Below, one piece after another: positions 9,308 to 20,652 of a stretch of DNA of 64,000 nt. Source of the stretch: Anaeromyxobacter sp. (GTDB lineage: Bacteria; Myxococcota; Myxococcia; Myxococcales; Anaeromyxobacteraceae); assembly GCA_049840735.1 (NCBI GenBank), contig JASGJN010000022.1, positions 800,001 to 864,000 of the forward strand. Reading direction: 5' to 3'. Made by a program: the position numbers and the translations under genes. The notes beneath the pieces were generated by a model. The model saw nothing but the letters and a program-made list of their open reading frames with translations. It made no database searches and had not been told where the DNA came from. Each line of letters starts with the position of its first letter. Positions within the stretch are counted from its first letter, which is position 1.

Positions 9308-10125
9308 GCCTGGTCCCCCAGGAACGCGCGCAGGGGCCCGGTCACCAGCCCGGGGGCGGTGAGGAAGGGCAGGTGCCCCGCGCCCGGCACCGCGCGCAGC
9401 GTGGCGCGCGGCAGCGCCGCGGCGAGGAACTGTCCGGCGCCGAAGGGCGTGATCGGGTCGGCGTCGCCGTGGAGCACCAGCGCCGGGAGGTCCAGGGCGG
9501 CGAGGTGCGGGCGCAGGTCGGCGCTGGCCAGGATCTCCAGCCCGGCCAGGGCGGCGGCGGGGTCCGTGGCCGGCAGGGCCGCGCGCGCCGCCTCGGCGGC
9601 GGCCGCGGCGGGCGCGGCGCGCTCGGCTGGCGAGAGCGCGTCGGCCAGGAAGCGGGCGCAGGCGCGGGCGGGCTCGCGGCGGACGCGGTGGGCGATGACC
9701 TCCACCGCCCGCGCCGGCACGCCGTGGGGCCACCCGTCACGCTGGGTGAAGCACGGGGTGGCCGCGATCAGGGCCAGCTGGTCGACGCGGGCGCGCACCC
9801 GGGGGTCGCGCAGCGCCTCCAGCGCCACCAGGCCGCCCAGCGACCAGCCGGCCAGCGTCACCCCGCTCACCCCGAGCGCCTCCAGCAGCGCCGCCAGGTC
9901 GGCGGCCAGATCGGCCAGGCCGAAGGGCGTGCCCGGCGCCGAGCCGCCGTGGCCGCGCAGGTCGGGGAGGAGCACCCGGTGCGACGGGGCCAGGGCCCCG
10001 GCCAGGTCACCCAGCATCCCGCCCGGGAGCGACCAGCCGTGCAGGAGCACCACCGGCGGGCCGGCGCCCCGTTCGGAGACGGCCAGCGTGGCGCCGGTGG
10101 GCAGGGTGAGCGTTCGGTCGGGCAT
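9304..10125 (-). CDS. bioH: Pimeloyl-ACP methyl ester carboxylesterase (alpha/beta hydrolase)
   Basis: LLHGW, GWSLGG, ATPCF...DGW and GHLPF motifs; adjacent to bioC. Confidence 0.8.
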   Translation of the reverse strand: MPDRTLTLPTGATLAVSERGAGPPVVLLHGWSLPGGMLGDLAGALAPSHRVLLPDLRGHGGSAPGTPFGLADLAADLAALLEALGVSGVTLAGWSLGGLVALEALRDPRVRARVDQLALIAATPCFTQRDGWPHGVPARAVEVIAHRVRREPARACARFLADALSPAERAAPAAAAAEAARAALPATDPAAALAGLEILASADLRPHLAALDLPALVLHGDADPITPFGAGQFLAAALPRATLRAVPGAGHLPFLTAPGLVTGPLRAFLGDQA

Positions 10126-10171
10126 GGACGGCCGGGCTGCGGCGGGCGCGGAGGATAGCAGGGGCGGGTGG

Positions 10172-10205
10172 CTCGTCAACCGCGCCGGATGTCCCGGTTG
10201 ACGAG
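10172..10205. promoter_or_regulatory. BirA-type biotin operator
   Basis: Perfect inverted repeat CTCGTCAACC-N14-GGTTGACGAG about 47 bp upstream of bioH. Confidence 0.75.
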
Positions 10206-10247
10206 AGGTTCCGCAAGTACTCTGGGATAAGAAAAAGTTAAGCGATT

Positions 10248-11898
10248 TCAGATGCCTGCGCGGAGTCGGACCCTCTGGGCGAGCGCGGCGGCGTCGAGCG
10301 AGCGCGCCCCCAGCCGGGCGGAGAGGGCGGCCGGCGCGGACGGAGCGCCCTCACGCCAGAGCGCCTGCAACAGGGCGCCAGCGGCGGCCGCCTGCCACCA
10401 CTCGCGGGCCGCGCCGGCCTCCTGCTGGAGCCGCACCTCCGCCTGGGCGGCCAGCAGCTCGACGCGCAGGGCCTCGGCGGATTGGAGCAGCGGGTCGGGA
10501 TTGACCGCCCAGGGCAGCACCTCGCCGGGCTCGACCGGCACGCCGTAGGCGCGCGCGGCCAGCGCCGCGCCCGCCACGGGGTCCTGGGCGGAGAGGGCCG
10601 CCAGCACGCGCGCGGCGGCGTCGCGCGCGCGCAGCAGCCGGCGCCCCGCCGCGGCACGCGCCTCCCCCTGCGCCTGCTCCTCCGTGGCGCCGTGCGCGGC
10701 CAGCCACTCCGGCGCCCCGGCCACCTCCTCCAGCAGCCGCCCCCAGGCGCCCGGGTACCAGGCCGGCGGCAGCCGGCGCGCCTCGACCGACCCAGCCGGC
10801 AAGAGCGCCTGCGCCTCGGCCACGCCCAGCTCATGCAGCGAGCCGCGGACGGCCTCCAGCCCGGCCTCGCTCCCCAGCGAGAGGCGCACGTCGCCGGGAG
10901 GGTCGATGGCCAGCGCGATGGCGCGGGGCACGCGGGCGCCGCCGGCGCCGGTGTCGAGCCGCAGGTTGGCCTGGGCGGCCAGGTCGAGCCCCAGCCCGTC
11001 CAGCAGCGCGGCCGCGTCGGCGGCGTGGCGGTGGGCCGGGAAGAGCGCCGCCGGGGCACGCACCCGCCACAGTCGCGGGAGATTGCGCAGCCGGACCTCC
11101 TCGGGCGCCAGCCCCTCCGCGCGCGCCGCGGCCGCCAGCAGCGCCTTCCAGGTCGGCTCGGTGGTGGCCAGCGTCTCCTCCGCCAGCGCCGCAAGCGCCT
11201 CGGGTGACGCCCCGCGCAGCTCGGCGCCGAGCGCGCCCAGCGAGGGCTGCCCCAGGGCCGCCGCGGCGGCCGCCAGCCGCTCCACCCGCGCCGCGCGCGC
11301 CGCCGCCAGCCGCCGGGCCGGCTCGGCCATCGACTGGGCCAGCATCCGGCGCCGCTCGCGGTCGCGCTCCGCCGCCAGCAGGCCCTGCGCGTCCGCCAGC
11401 GGGACCAGGTGATCGGCCCACAGGAACTGCGCCTCGGTGCGGGCCGCCGTGGCGTCGCGCGAGGCCTGCAGCGTCTCCGCCGCGAGCCGCTCGCCCAGCA
11501 GCCAGCGGCGCAGCGCCGCGGCTCCGGCCCGCTGCTCCGGCGAACCCTCCGCGGCCGCGCGCGCCAGGCCCGCCAGCGTCTCGTCCGAGCGGAGCGCCTC
11601 GTGGCCGGCCCAGGCGGCCGCTGGATTCGAAGGTCTTCCCCTGGGTGAACATGAGCCAGGCGTCCTCCGCCTGCCGCCGCAGCACCGCGTCGGCGCCGGC
11701 GCGCACCGGGGCCAGGTCGTAGGGCGGCGCCGCCGGGGTGGCCGGCGCTGCGGGGGCCTGGGCGGCCGGAGGGGCGGGCGCCGGCACCGCGGCCGGGGCG
11801 GGATCGGTCGCCGGCGCGGCGGTCCGGTGGACGCAGCCCAGGACCAGCAGGGGCAGGACGGCGGCGAGGCGGAGGGCGGAGACGATGGGTCGGCGCAC
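10248..11898 (-). CDS. Myxobacterial lipoprotein resembling M3/gluzincin peptidases, with a degenerate zinc motif; frameshift near 11,620
   Basis: VLGC lipobox in one frame joins the 10248 frame; HELGV in place of HExxH. Confidence 0.6.
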
Positions 11899-11950
11899 CT
11901 GCCGATGTTAAACGCGGCGCGGGTCCGTGTCCTTGTTCTAGATTGGCGGC

Positions 11951-12973
11951 ATGCCCACCCCGGCCCAGCACCAGCACGCCCGCGCCCGCGCCCGGCTCTC
12001 CGCCGAGGTGCGCCGGGTGCTGGGCGCGCTCGGCTACGAGGAGGTGGAGACGCCCTGCCTGGTCCCCGCGCCCGGCATGGAGCCCCACATCCAGGCCTTC
12101 GAGGCGGCGTTCGTGCCGGAGGGCGGCGGCCCCGCGCGCCCGCTCTGGCTGCAGAACAGCCCCGAGTACGCCATGAAGCGGCTGCTCGCCGACGGGCTGC
12201 CGCGCATCTTCCAGCTGGCGCGGGTGTTCCGGAACGGCGAGGTGTCGCGCACGCACAACCCCGAGTTCACGATGCTGGAGTACTACCGCGCCGGCACCGA
12301 CTACCGCGGGATCATGGCCGACGGCGAGCAGCTGGTGGAGGCCTGCGCGCGGGCCCTCGCGCCCGACGGGCGGCCGCGGGTCGAGCGCGGCGGGAGGGTC
12401 CTGTCGCTCGCGGCCCCCTTCGAGACCCTCACCATGCAGGAGGCCTTCCAGCGCCACGCCGGCATCGACCTGGCCGGCTGCGACGCCGATCCCGCGCGGC
12501 TGGCGGCGGCGGCGCGCGCGGCCGGCCACGACCCGGGCCCGGGCGGCGAGTCGTTCGACGACGTCTTCTTCCGCGTCATGCTCGACGCGGTCGAGCCGCG
12601 GCTGGGGCTCGACCGGCCCACCTGGCTCGTCGACTGGCCGGCCTCGATGGCGGCGCTGTCGAAGGTGAAGCCCGGCGATCCGCGCTGGGCCGAGCGCTTC
12701 GAGCTCTACGCCGGCGGGCTGGAGCTGGCCAACGGCTTCACCGAGCTGACCGACGCGGCCGAGCAGCGGGCGCGGCTGGTGGAGGAGCAGGCGCTGCGCG
12801 CCAGCCTGGGCCGGCCGGTCTACCCGCTCGACGAGGCGTTCCTGGCGGCCCTGCCCCGCATGCCGGCGGCGGGCGGCGTGGCCTTCGGCTTCGACCGGCT
12901 GCTGATGCTGCTGACCGGCGCGGCGTCGATCGAGGACGTGCTGCTGTTCCCGGCCGCGGGGTCCTGGGGCTGA
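11951..12973 (+). CDS. epmA: EF-P lysine aminoacylase
   Basis: EVETP, SPEYAMKRLLA, FRNGE...HNPEFTMLE, ELANGF and GFDRL motifs; no anticodon-binding domain. Confidence 0.95.
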   Translation: MPTPAQHQHARARARLSAEVRRVLGALGYEEVETPCLVPAPGMEPHIQAFEAAFVPEGGGPARPLWLQNSPEYAMKRLLADGLPRIFQLARVFRNGEVSRTHNPEFTMLEYYRAGTDYRGIMADGEQLVEACARALAPDGRPRVERGGRVLSLAAPFETLTMQEAFQRHAGIDLAGCDADPARLAAAARAAGHDPGPGGESFDDVFFRVMLDAVEPRLGLDRPTWLVDWPASMAALSKVKPGDPRWAERFELYAGGLELANGFTELTDAAEQRARLVEEQALRASLGRPVYPLDEAFLAALPRMPAAGGVAFGFDRLLMLLTGAASIEDVLLFPAAGSWG

Positions 12974-13000
12974 TCACCCGGGCTGCGCGCCGCCCCGGGC

Positions 13001-13681
13001 TCACCGCACCTTCACCCCCAACGACAGCCCCTCCGCCGTGGGCAGGAGCGTGGCCCGGAAGCGGCCGCCGCGGGCCAGCCGCTCGGAGAAGCGCGCCAGC
13101 GCCTCGACCCCGGGGCGATCCTCCGGCTCCGCCCGCTGCGGCGCGTGGACCGCGCCGAAGCCGAAGGTGTTGTCCGCCAGCAGGAGGCCGCCCACCCGCA
13201 GGTGCTCCTCGGCCCAGGCCAGGTAGGCCGGGTAGCCGGTCTTGTCCGCGTCGATGAAGACCAGGTCGAAGGGGCCGTCCCCCTCGACCTCCCGCAGCCG
13301 CTCCAGCGCGCGCCCGACGTGGATCCGCGCCTGGCTCGCCACCCCGGCCCGCTCGAAGGAGGCGCGCGCCAGCGCCGCGCGGGGCGGCTCCAGCTCGAAG
13401 GTGTCGAGGCGCCCCTCCGGCCCCATCCCGCGCAGCAGGCAGACGCCGCTGTAGCCCCCCAGCGTCCCGATCTCGACCGCGCGCCGGACGGCGGCGGCGC
13501 GGGCCAGCACCTCCAGGTGCAGCCCGTCCATGGGGCCGACCGCGATGGGCGGCAGCCCGGCCGCGGCGCTGCGGGCGCGGATCTCGCGCAGCACCTCGTC
13601 CTCCGGCGCGTACACCCCCTCGGCCCAGCGCGCCAGCGCCGGGTCGCCCTGCCCGAACCCCTTCACCGGCGGAGAGCCCAT
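13001..13681 (-). CDS. O-methyltransferase family 3
   Basis: EIGTLGGYS, FIDADK, LADN motifs. Confidence 0.9.
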   Translation of the reverse strand: MGSPPVKGFGQGDPALARWAEGVYAPEDEVLREIRARSAAAGLPPIAVGPMDGLHLEVLARAAAVRRAVEIGTLGGYSGVCLLRGMGPEGRLDTFELEPPRAALARASFERAGVASQARIHVGRALERLREVEGDGPFDLVFIDADKTGYPAYLAWAEEHLRVGGLLLADNTFGFGAVHAPQRAEPEDRPGVEALARFSERLARGGRFRATLLPTAEGLSLGVKVR

Positions 13682-13745
13682 GGCCCGGGTGTAGCCGCGG
13701 CGGGCGCGCTCCGCCGGGTCCGGGCGGGGATTGCTTCACGTGCCC

Positions 13746-15875
13746 TCAGTACTCGAACCCGCTCCCGCCGATGAACTCGCGCAGGATCGAGGTGGGCGGC
13801 ACGTGGTCGGGGTAGATCGACACGAACCGATCGATGAGGTAGCGGAGCCGCAGCGCGGTCGGGTAGGCCGGGTGCGTCTGCGGCACCTCCAGCAGGTAGC
13901 GCTCGGCGAACACCTTGAGCACGGCCGGCTCGTAGACCAGCGCGGTGTCGAAGACGGCGTCGGCCTCGTGCTGGTACGGGAAGATGTGCTCGCGCTCGCC
14001 CGCCTGCACCGAGGGCCAGCGCAGGATGTTGTCGGCCGCCGAGTAGCCGCGCTGGTGGCGGTCGCGCACGATGCGGCGGAGCAGGCGCAGGTCGGTGGCG
14101 GAGACGCGGCTCAGCCGGTCGAACGCCAGCGTGGTGGCCGGGTGGATGAAGATGCGGAACAGCTCGCCGGCCCGCGGGATGGGGCCCAGCAGCGCCGGGT
14201 TGAGGCCGTGGATGCCCTCCAGCATCAGCACGTCCCCGGGCCGCAGCTGGATCTCCGGGCCGCCGGCGGGGTGGCTCCTGCCGGAGAGGAAGTCGTAGCG
14301 GGCGGTCTTGACCCGCTCGCCGGCCAGGAGGCGGCGGACGTGGTCCTGCAGCAGCGCCAGGTCGATGGCCTGCAGGCTCTCGAAGTCCCACTCGCCCTTC
14401 GCGTCGAGCGGCGTCTTCTCCCGGTCGACGTAGTAGTTGTCGAGCCCGATCCCCACCGGCGTCACGCCGTCGATCTGCAGCTGCACCGTGAGCCGCTTGA
14501 TGAAGGTGGTCTTTCCGGAGGAGGAGGGGCCGGCGATGGAGATGATCCGGATCCGCTCGCGCGCGGCCGCGACCTGGTCGGCGATCTGGCCGATCCGCTT
14601 CTCGTGGAACCCCTCCGCCACGCGGATGAGCTGCGAGACCTGCCCGGAGATGCACAGCTCGGCGAAGGCGCCCACGCTGGTCACGTCCATGGCGGCGAGC
14701 CAGCGCTGGTGGTCGGCCACCATGTCGCCGTCGTGCGGCGTCTCCGCGCCGGGCGCCAGGCGGGACGCGCGCGGGTCGCGGGCGCCCAGCTCCAGCCAGA
14801 GCCCTTCCGGCCCGGCGGTCAGCCGGAACCCGGACAGCGGGCCGGTGGAGGGGAGCAGCGGCCCCATGGAGAGCGCGTAGAGCTCGCCGCAGGAGACCAG
14901 CCGCACCGTGGCCTGCCGGCGGATGCGCAGCAGCCGGGCGGCCTCGTCCCAGCCGCGGTCGCGGAACCAGCTCAGCGCCTCGTCGCTGGACCAGTACTCC
15001 TGCCGGATGGGCGCGTCGGCGGAGGCGATCCGGGTCATGGCCTCGGCGACGCGCGCCGCCAGCGCCGGTCCCTCCGCCGGCGAGGCCCCGCGCACCTCCA
15101 CCAGCTGCCGCGTCCCGCGCGACGGCCCCATCCACACGGTCAGCCCGGGCGCCACCTGGTGGGCGGCCTCCAGCAGCAGGAGCCCCATGGAGTGGGCGTA
15201 GATCTGCCGCCCCTCCCAGTGCGAGACGGTGAGCGGCGCCAGCGTGGACGCGGTGAAGATGGGCGTGGAGAGCGGAACCGGCTTCTCCCCCAGCAGCCCG
15301 GCCACCACCAGGTCCCCATCCAACTCGGCCGGCAGCAGGGTGCGGATGCGGGTCCCGGTGCGGACCCGCCGCTCCTGCCCGCTGACCGTCACGGTCACCT
15401 CGGCCGCGCGCGGCGGCGACCGGCCGCGCAGCAGCATGCCCATCTCGTCCGAGGCCTGGGCCAGCTCCTCCGCCAGCCGGGCCGCCATGCCCAGCGCCAC
15501 CCGCATGGCCAGCGCCGGGGCGTCTCGCTCCAGCGCCGCCCAGGCCGCCGAGGTGAGGCGGGCCACCTCCAGCGGCGTCTCGGAGGTCACCACCTCGCCG
15601 CGGTGGCGCCCCAGCACGGGCAGCTCGCCGAAGTGATCGCCCGGGCCCAGCCGGCGCAGCGCGGTGCCCTCGCGGCGCAGGGTGGCCTCGCCGGAGAGGA
15701 TCAGGCACAGGTGCTTGTTGGCGTCGCCGTCGCCGTGGACGCGGGTGCGCGGCGGGAAGGTCACCCGCTCCACGCGCTCCAGCAGCTTCGCGCAATCCCC
15801 GGCGTCGAGGCGGGCCAGGAGCGCGCTCGAGGCGAGCGCTGCGTCGGGGGCGGGATCCTGCGGGCGGACGGCCAC
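13746..15875 (-). CDS. cNMP-binding domain + TGS/ThrRS-N-like region + uridine/nucleoside kinase
   Basis: GDHFGE cNMP motif; AGPSSSGKTT P-loop, LDNYY, EGIHGLN, RLLRRIVRD, SILREFIGGS. Confidence 0.85.
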   Translation of the reverse strand: MAVRPQDPAPDAALASSALLARLDAGDCAKLLERVERVTFPPRTRVHGDGDANKHLCLILSGEATLRREGTALRRLGPGDHFGELPVLGRHRGEVVTSETPLEVARLTSAAWAALERDAPALAMRVALGMAARLAEELAQASDEMGMLLRGRSPPRAAEVTVTVSGQERRVRTGTRIRTLLPAELDGDLVVAGLLGEKPVPLSTPIFTASTLAPLTVSHWEGRQIYAHSMGLLLLEAAHQVAPGLTVWMGPSRGTRQLVEVRGASPAEGPALAARVAEAMTRIASADAPIRQEYWSSDEALSWFRDRGWDEAARLLRIRRQATVRLVSCGELYALSMGPLLPSTGPLSGFRLTAGPEGLWLELGARDPRASRLAPGAETPHDGDMVADHQRWLAAMDVTSVGAFAELCISGQVSQLIRVAEGFHEKRIGQIADQVAAARERIRIISIAGPSSSGKTTFIKRLTVQLQIDGVTPVGIGLDNYYVDREKTPLDAKGEWDFESLQAIDLALLQDHVRRLLAGERVKTARYDFLSGRSHPAGGPEIQLRPGDVLMLEGIHGLNPALLGPIPRAGELFRIFIHPATTLAFDRLSRVSATDLRLLRRIVRDRHQRGYSAADNILRWPSVQAGEREHIFPYQHEADAVFDTALVYEPAVLKVFAERYLLEVPQTHPAYPTALRLRYLIDRFVSIYPDHVPPTSILREFIGGSGFEY

Positions 15876-15956
15876 GGGGCGCTCCTTTCCTGCCGGAGCC
15901 CCGATGGTAGCCCGCGGGCGGGCCGGGGGAAAGGACCGGGCAGGCGGGCCGTTCCG

Positions 15957-17126
15957 CTACAGCACCCGCAGCACCAGGCACTTGAGGTAGCGCGTCTCCG
16001 GCACGCCCATCAGCACCGGGTGGTCGCGCCCGGCGCCCCGCCGCTCCACCAGCTGCACCTTGCGGCCGGCGTCGTTGGCCGCGTCCAGCACCAGCGCCTC
16101 CAGCATCTCCTCGGAGAGGTGGTAGCTGCAGGACGCGGTGATGAGGAAGCCGCCGGGCTTCAGGACCTGCAGCGCCCGGAGGTTCACCTCCTTGTAGCCG
16201 CGCCGGGCGTTGGGGAGCGCCTCCTTGTTCTTGGCGAAGGCGGGCGGATCCAGCACCACCAGGTCGAAGGCGGGCGGCTCCTCGGCCCGGTCGCGCAGGT
16301 AGTCGAAGGCGTTGGCCTCCACCACCTCCAGGTTCTCCGCCCGGTTCAGGGCCGCGTTCTCGCGCAGCAGCGCGGCCGCCGGCGCCTGCATCTCCACCGC
16401 GGTGACCGCCTGGGCCCGGCGCGCCAGCTGCAGCGCGAACCCGCCCGCGTAGCTGAAGCAGTCCAGGCAGCGCCCGGTGGCGTACTCGCCGGCGCGCAGG
16501 TGGTTCTCGCGCTGGTCCAGGAAGGCGCCGGTCTTCTGGCCGCCCAGCACGTCCAGCTTCATCCGCACCTGGCCCTCGCGGTACTCCATGGGGCCGGGCT
16601 CCGGGCCGCGCAGCACGCCCTTCACCTGGGTCAGCCCCTCCAGCTCGCGGACCCGCACGTCGTTCCGCTCCACCACCGAGCGCAGCCCCAGCCGCTCCTG
16701 CAGCAGGGCCGCCAGCAGCTCCTTGCGCCGCTCGGTGGCGGGGATGAGCGTCTGCATCACGGCGACGTCGGCGTAGCGATCGACCACCAGCCCGGGCAGC
16801 AGGTCCCCCTCGCCGTGCACCAGCCGGACGAACGGGTCGTCGTCGAAGGTGCCGGCGCGGAGCGCCACCGCCTGGTCCACGCGGGCGGCCAGGAACGCGT
16901 CGTCGATGGCCACCTCGTCCAGCGTCACCAGCCGCAGGGCGATCTTGGAGCGCTCCGACCAGAAGGCCTTGGCCACGAAGCGGCCGCGGCCGTCCACGAC
17001 CGCCACCACGTCGCCGGCCGCCGCGCCCGCGGGCGGCTTCTCCACGTCGCCCCGGTAGATCCAGAGGTGGCCCGCGGAGACCCGCTCCACGCCCCGGCGC
17101 GACACCGTCACCTTCCGCTCGTCCAT
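15957..17126 (-). CDS. rlmI: RlmI-type 23S rRNA m5C methyltransferase (PUA + SAM MTase)
   Basis: GHLWIY, GQKTGAFLDQRENH, VLDPPAF, SCS and ETRYLK motifs. Confidence 0.88.
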   Translation of the reverse strand: MDERKVTVSRRGVERVSAGHLWIYRGDVEKPPAGAAAGDVVAVVDGRGRFVAKAFWSERSKIALRLVTLDEVAIDDAFLAARVDQAVALRAGTFDDDPFVRLVHGEGDLLPGLVVDRYADVAVMQTLIPATERRKELLAALLQERLGLRSVVERNDVRVRELEGLTQVKGVLRGPEPGPMEYREGQVRMKLDVLGGQKTGAFLDQRENHLRAGEYATGRCLDCFSYAGGFALQLARRAQAVTAVEMQAPAAALLRENAALNRAENLEVVEANAFDYLRDRAEEPPAFDLVVLDPPAFAKNKEALPNARRGYKEVNLRALQVLKPGGFLITASCSYHLSEEMLEALVLDAANDAGRKVQLVERRGAGRDHPVLMGVPETRYLKCLVLRVL

Positions 17127-17150
17127 GGCTGCTCTCTAGCACGTCGGGGG

Positions 17151-17173
17151 CGCCCTTCGACAGGCTCAGGGCG
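17151..17173. repeat. REP-like palindromic element
   Basis: CGCCCT-TCGACAGGCTC-AGGGCG hairpin of the CCCTTCGAC..GCTCAGGG type. Confidence 0.55.
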
Positions 17174-17212
17174 GGCGGCCTGCCGGCGGCCACGCGCGGC
17201 CTCCGCGGCGGG

Positions 17213-18130
17213 TCACTCCCGCGCCACCAGCAGCCCGGCCGCGGTGATGAGCGCGATGCCGGCCCAGGTGATGGGGGCCGGGAACTCGCCGAACAGCGTC
17301 ATGCCCAGCCCGGCGGCGCAGGCCACCTCGACGTAGTGGAACGGCGCCAGGCTGGAGGCCTGCGCCCGCTCGTAGGCCCGGGTCACGAGCCACATGGAGA
17401 GGCCGCCGCCCACCGCCATGAGCGAGAGCCAGCCCACCAGCGCGGGCTGGAACGGTTGCCAATCCCGGCTCCACCCGAAGGCCAGCGCCACCATGCCCAC
17501 CAGCGCGTAGTGGAAGGTGGTGGCGAGCGGCGGGGCCTCGCCGGCCAGGCGGCGGTTGAGGATGGCGGTGGTGGCGAACGCCACCGCCGCCGCCACCGGC
17601 GCCAGCGAGACCCACCGGAACACGTCCGAGCCGGGCCGGATCACCAGCAGGGAGCCGGCGAAGCCGACCGCCACCGCCACCCAGCGCCACCCGCCGATCC
17701 GCTCGCGCAGGAACCAGGCCGAGAAGGCGGTGATGAGCAGCGGGTTCACGAACAGCAGGGCCGAGGCGCTGGCGAAGGGGAGCCGGGTCAGGCCGATGAA
17801 GAAGAAGAGCGTCACCACCGCCGGCATGGCCGAGCGGAGCAGGTGCAGCGGCGTGAGGCGCGGGAACAGCGCCCGCGGCCCGTGGAGGCGGAGCACCACC
17901 GGCAGCAGCAGCACCACGTTGGCGGTGTAGCGGCCCCAGGTGATTCGCGAGGCCGGCACGCCGGGCAGGCCGTCGTGCGGGGTCGAGAGGTGCTTGGCCA
18001 CCGAGTCCACCAGCGGCCAGACCACCGAGGAGGCGATGACCATCGCGATGGCGGCGGCGCGGCGGCGGCCCGGGTGGAGCGCGGGCGACGGCGCGGCGGG
18101 GGCGGGGCTCTGTTCCGACTGGGCGGCCAT
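17213..18130 (-). CDS. DMT/EamA family transporter
   Basis: About 10 TM helices; LRERIG..RW and LFGEFP motifs. Confidence 0.9.
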   Translation of the reverse strand: MAAQSEQSPAPAAPSPALHPGRRRAAAIAMVIASSVVWPLVDSVAKHLSTPHDGLPGVPASRITWGRYTANVVLLLPVVLRLHGPRALFPRLTPLHLLRSAMPAVVTLFFFIGLTRLPFASASALLFVNPLLITAFSAWFLRERIGGWRWVAVAVGFAGSLLVIRPGSDVFRWVSLAPVAAAVAFATTAILNRRLAGEAPPLATTFHYALVGMVALAFGWSRDWQPFQPALVGWLSLMAVGGGLSMWLVTRAYERAQASSLAPFHYVEVACAAGLGMTLFGEFPAPITWAGIALITAAGLLVARE

Positions 18131-18190
18131 GGAGGGCGCGCACTCTAGACGAGCGCGCGCCGTCCGAAAACCCTCCCGGCGCGATCCCCG

Positions 18191-20156
<1,966 letters not shown>

Positions 20157-20160
<4 letters not shown>

Positions 20161-20621
20161 GCACGCTGGCCGACCTCCTGGCCCAGGCCGCGCTGGCCGC
20201 CATCCCGGCGGCGGGCTTCGGGATGCTCTTCAACGTGCCCTTCCGCATGCTGGGCTGGTGCGCGCTCCTCGGCGCCGTCGGGCGCGGGTTGAGGTTCCTG
20301 ATGGTGACCTCGGGGCTGCCGCTGCCCTGGTCCACGCTGATGGCCGCCGGCGCGGTCAGCTTCCTGGGCGTCTGGGCGGCGCAGCGGCTGCGGGCCCACC
20401 CCAAGGTCGTGACGGTGGCGGCGGTCATCCCCATGGTGCCGGGCACCGCGCTCTACACGGCGCTGCTGGCCACCTGGGCCATCGAGCGCGGCGGCCTCAC
20501 GCCCGAGCTGGCCTCCACCGCGGTGCGCGCCGGCCTCGACGCCACCTTCGTGGTGGCGGCGCTGGCGGTGGGGCTGGCCGCGCCCGGGCTCTTCGTCTAC
20601 CGGCGCCGGCCGGTGGTCTGA
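20157..20621 (+). CDS. ThrE family exporter, small subunit (YjjB-like)
   Basis: AIPAAGFGMLFNVP and AAVIPMVPG motifs; GTGA overlap with the upstream gene. Confidence 0.9.
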
Positions 20622-20652
20622 GCGGGCGGCCGGCGCGGCGCGCCGCGCCGCC

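Noticed and set aside
13663..17336. Very long alternative-frame ORFs (1176 and 1201 aa) and similar ORFs throughout segment A
   Set aside because: Arg/Gly/Pro-rich shadow ORFs caused by extreme GC, overlapping well-supported genes
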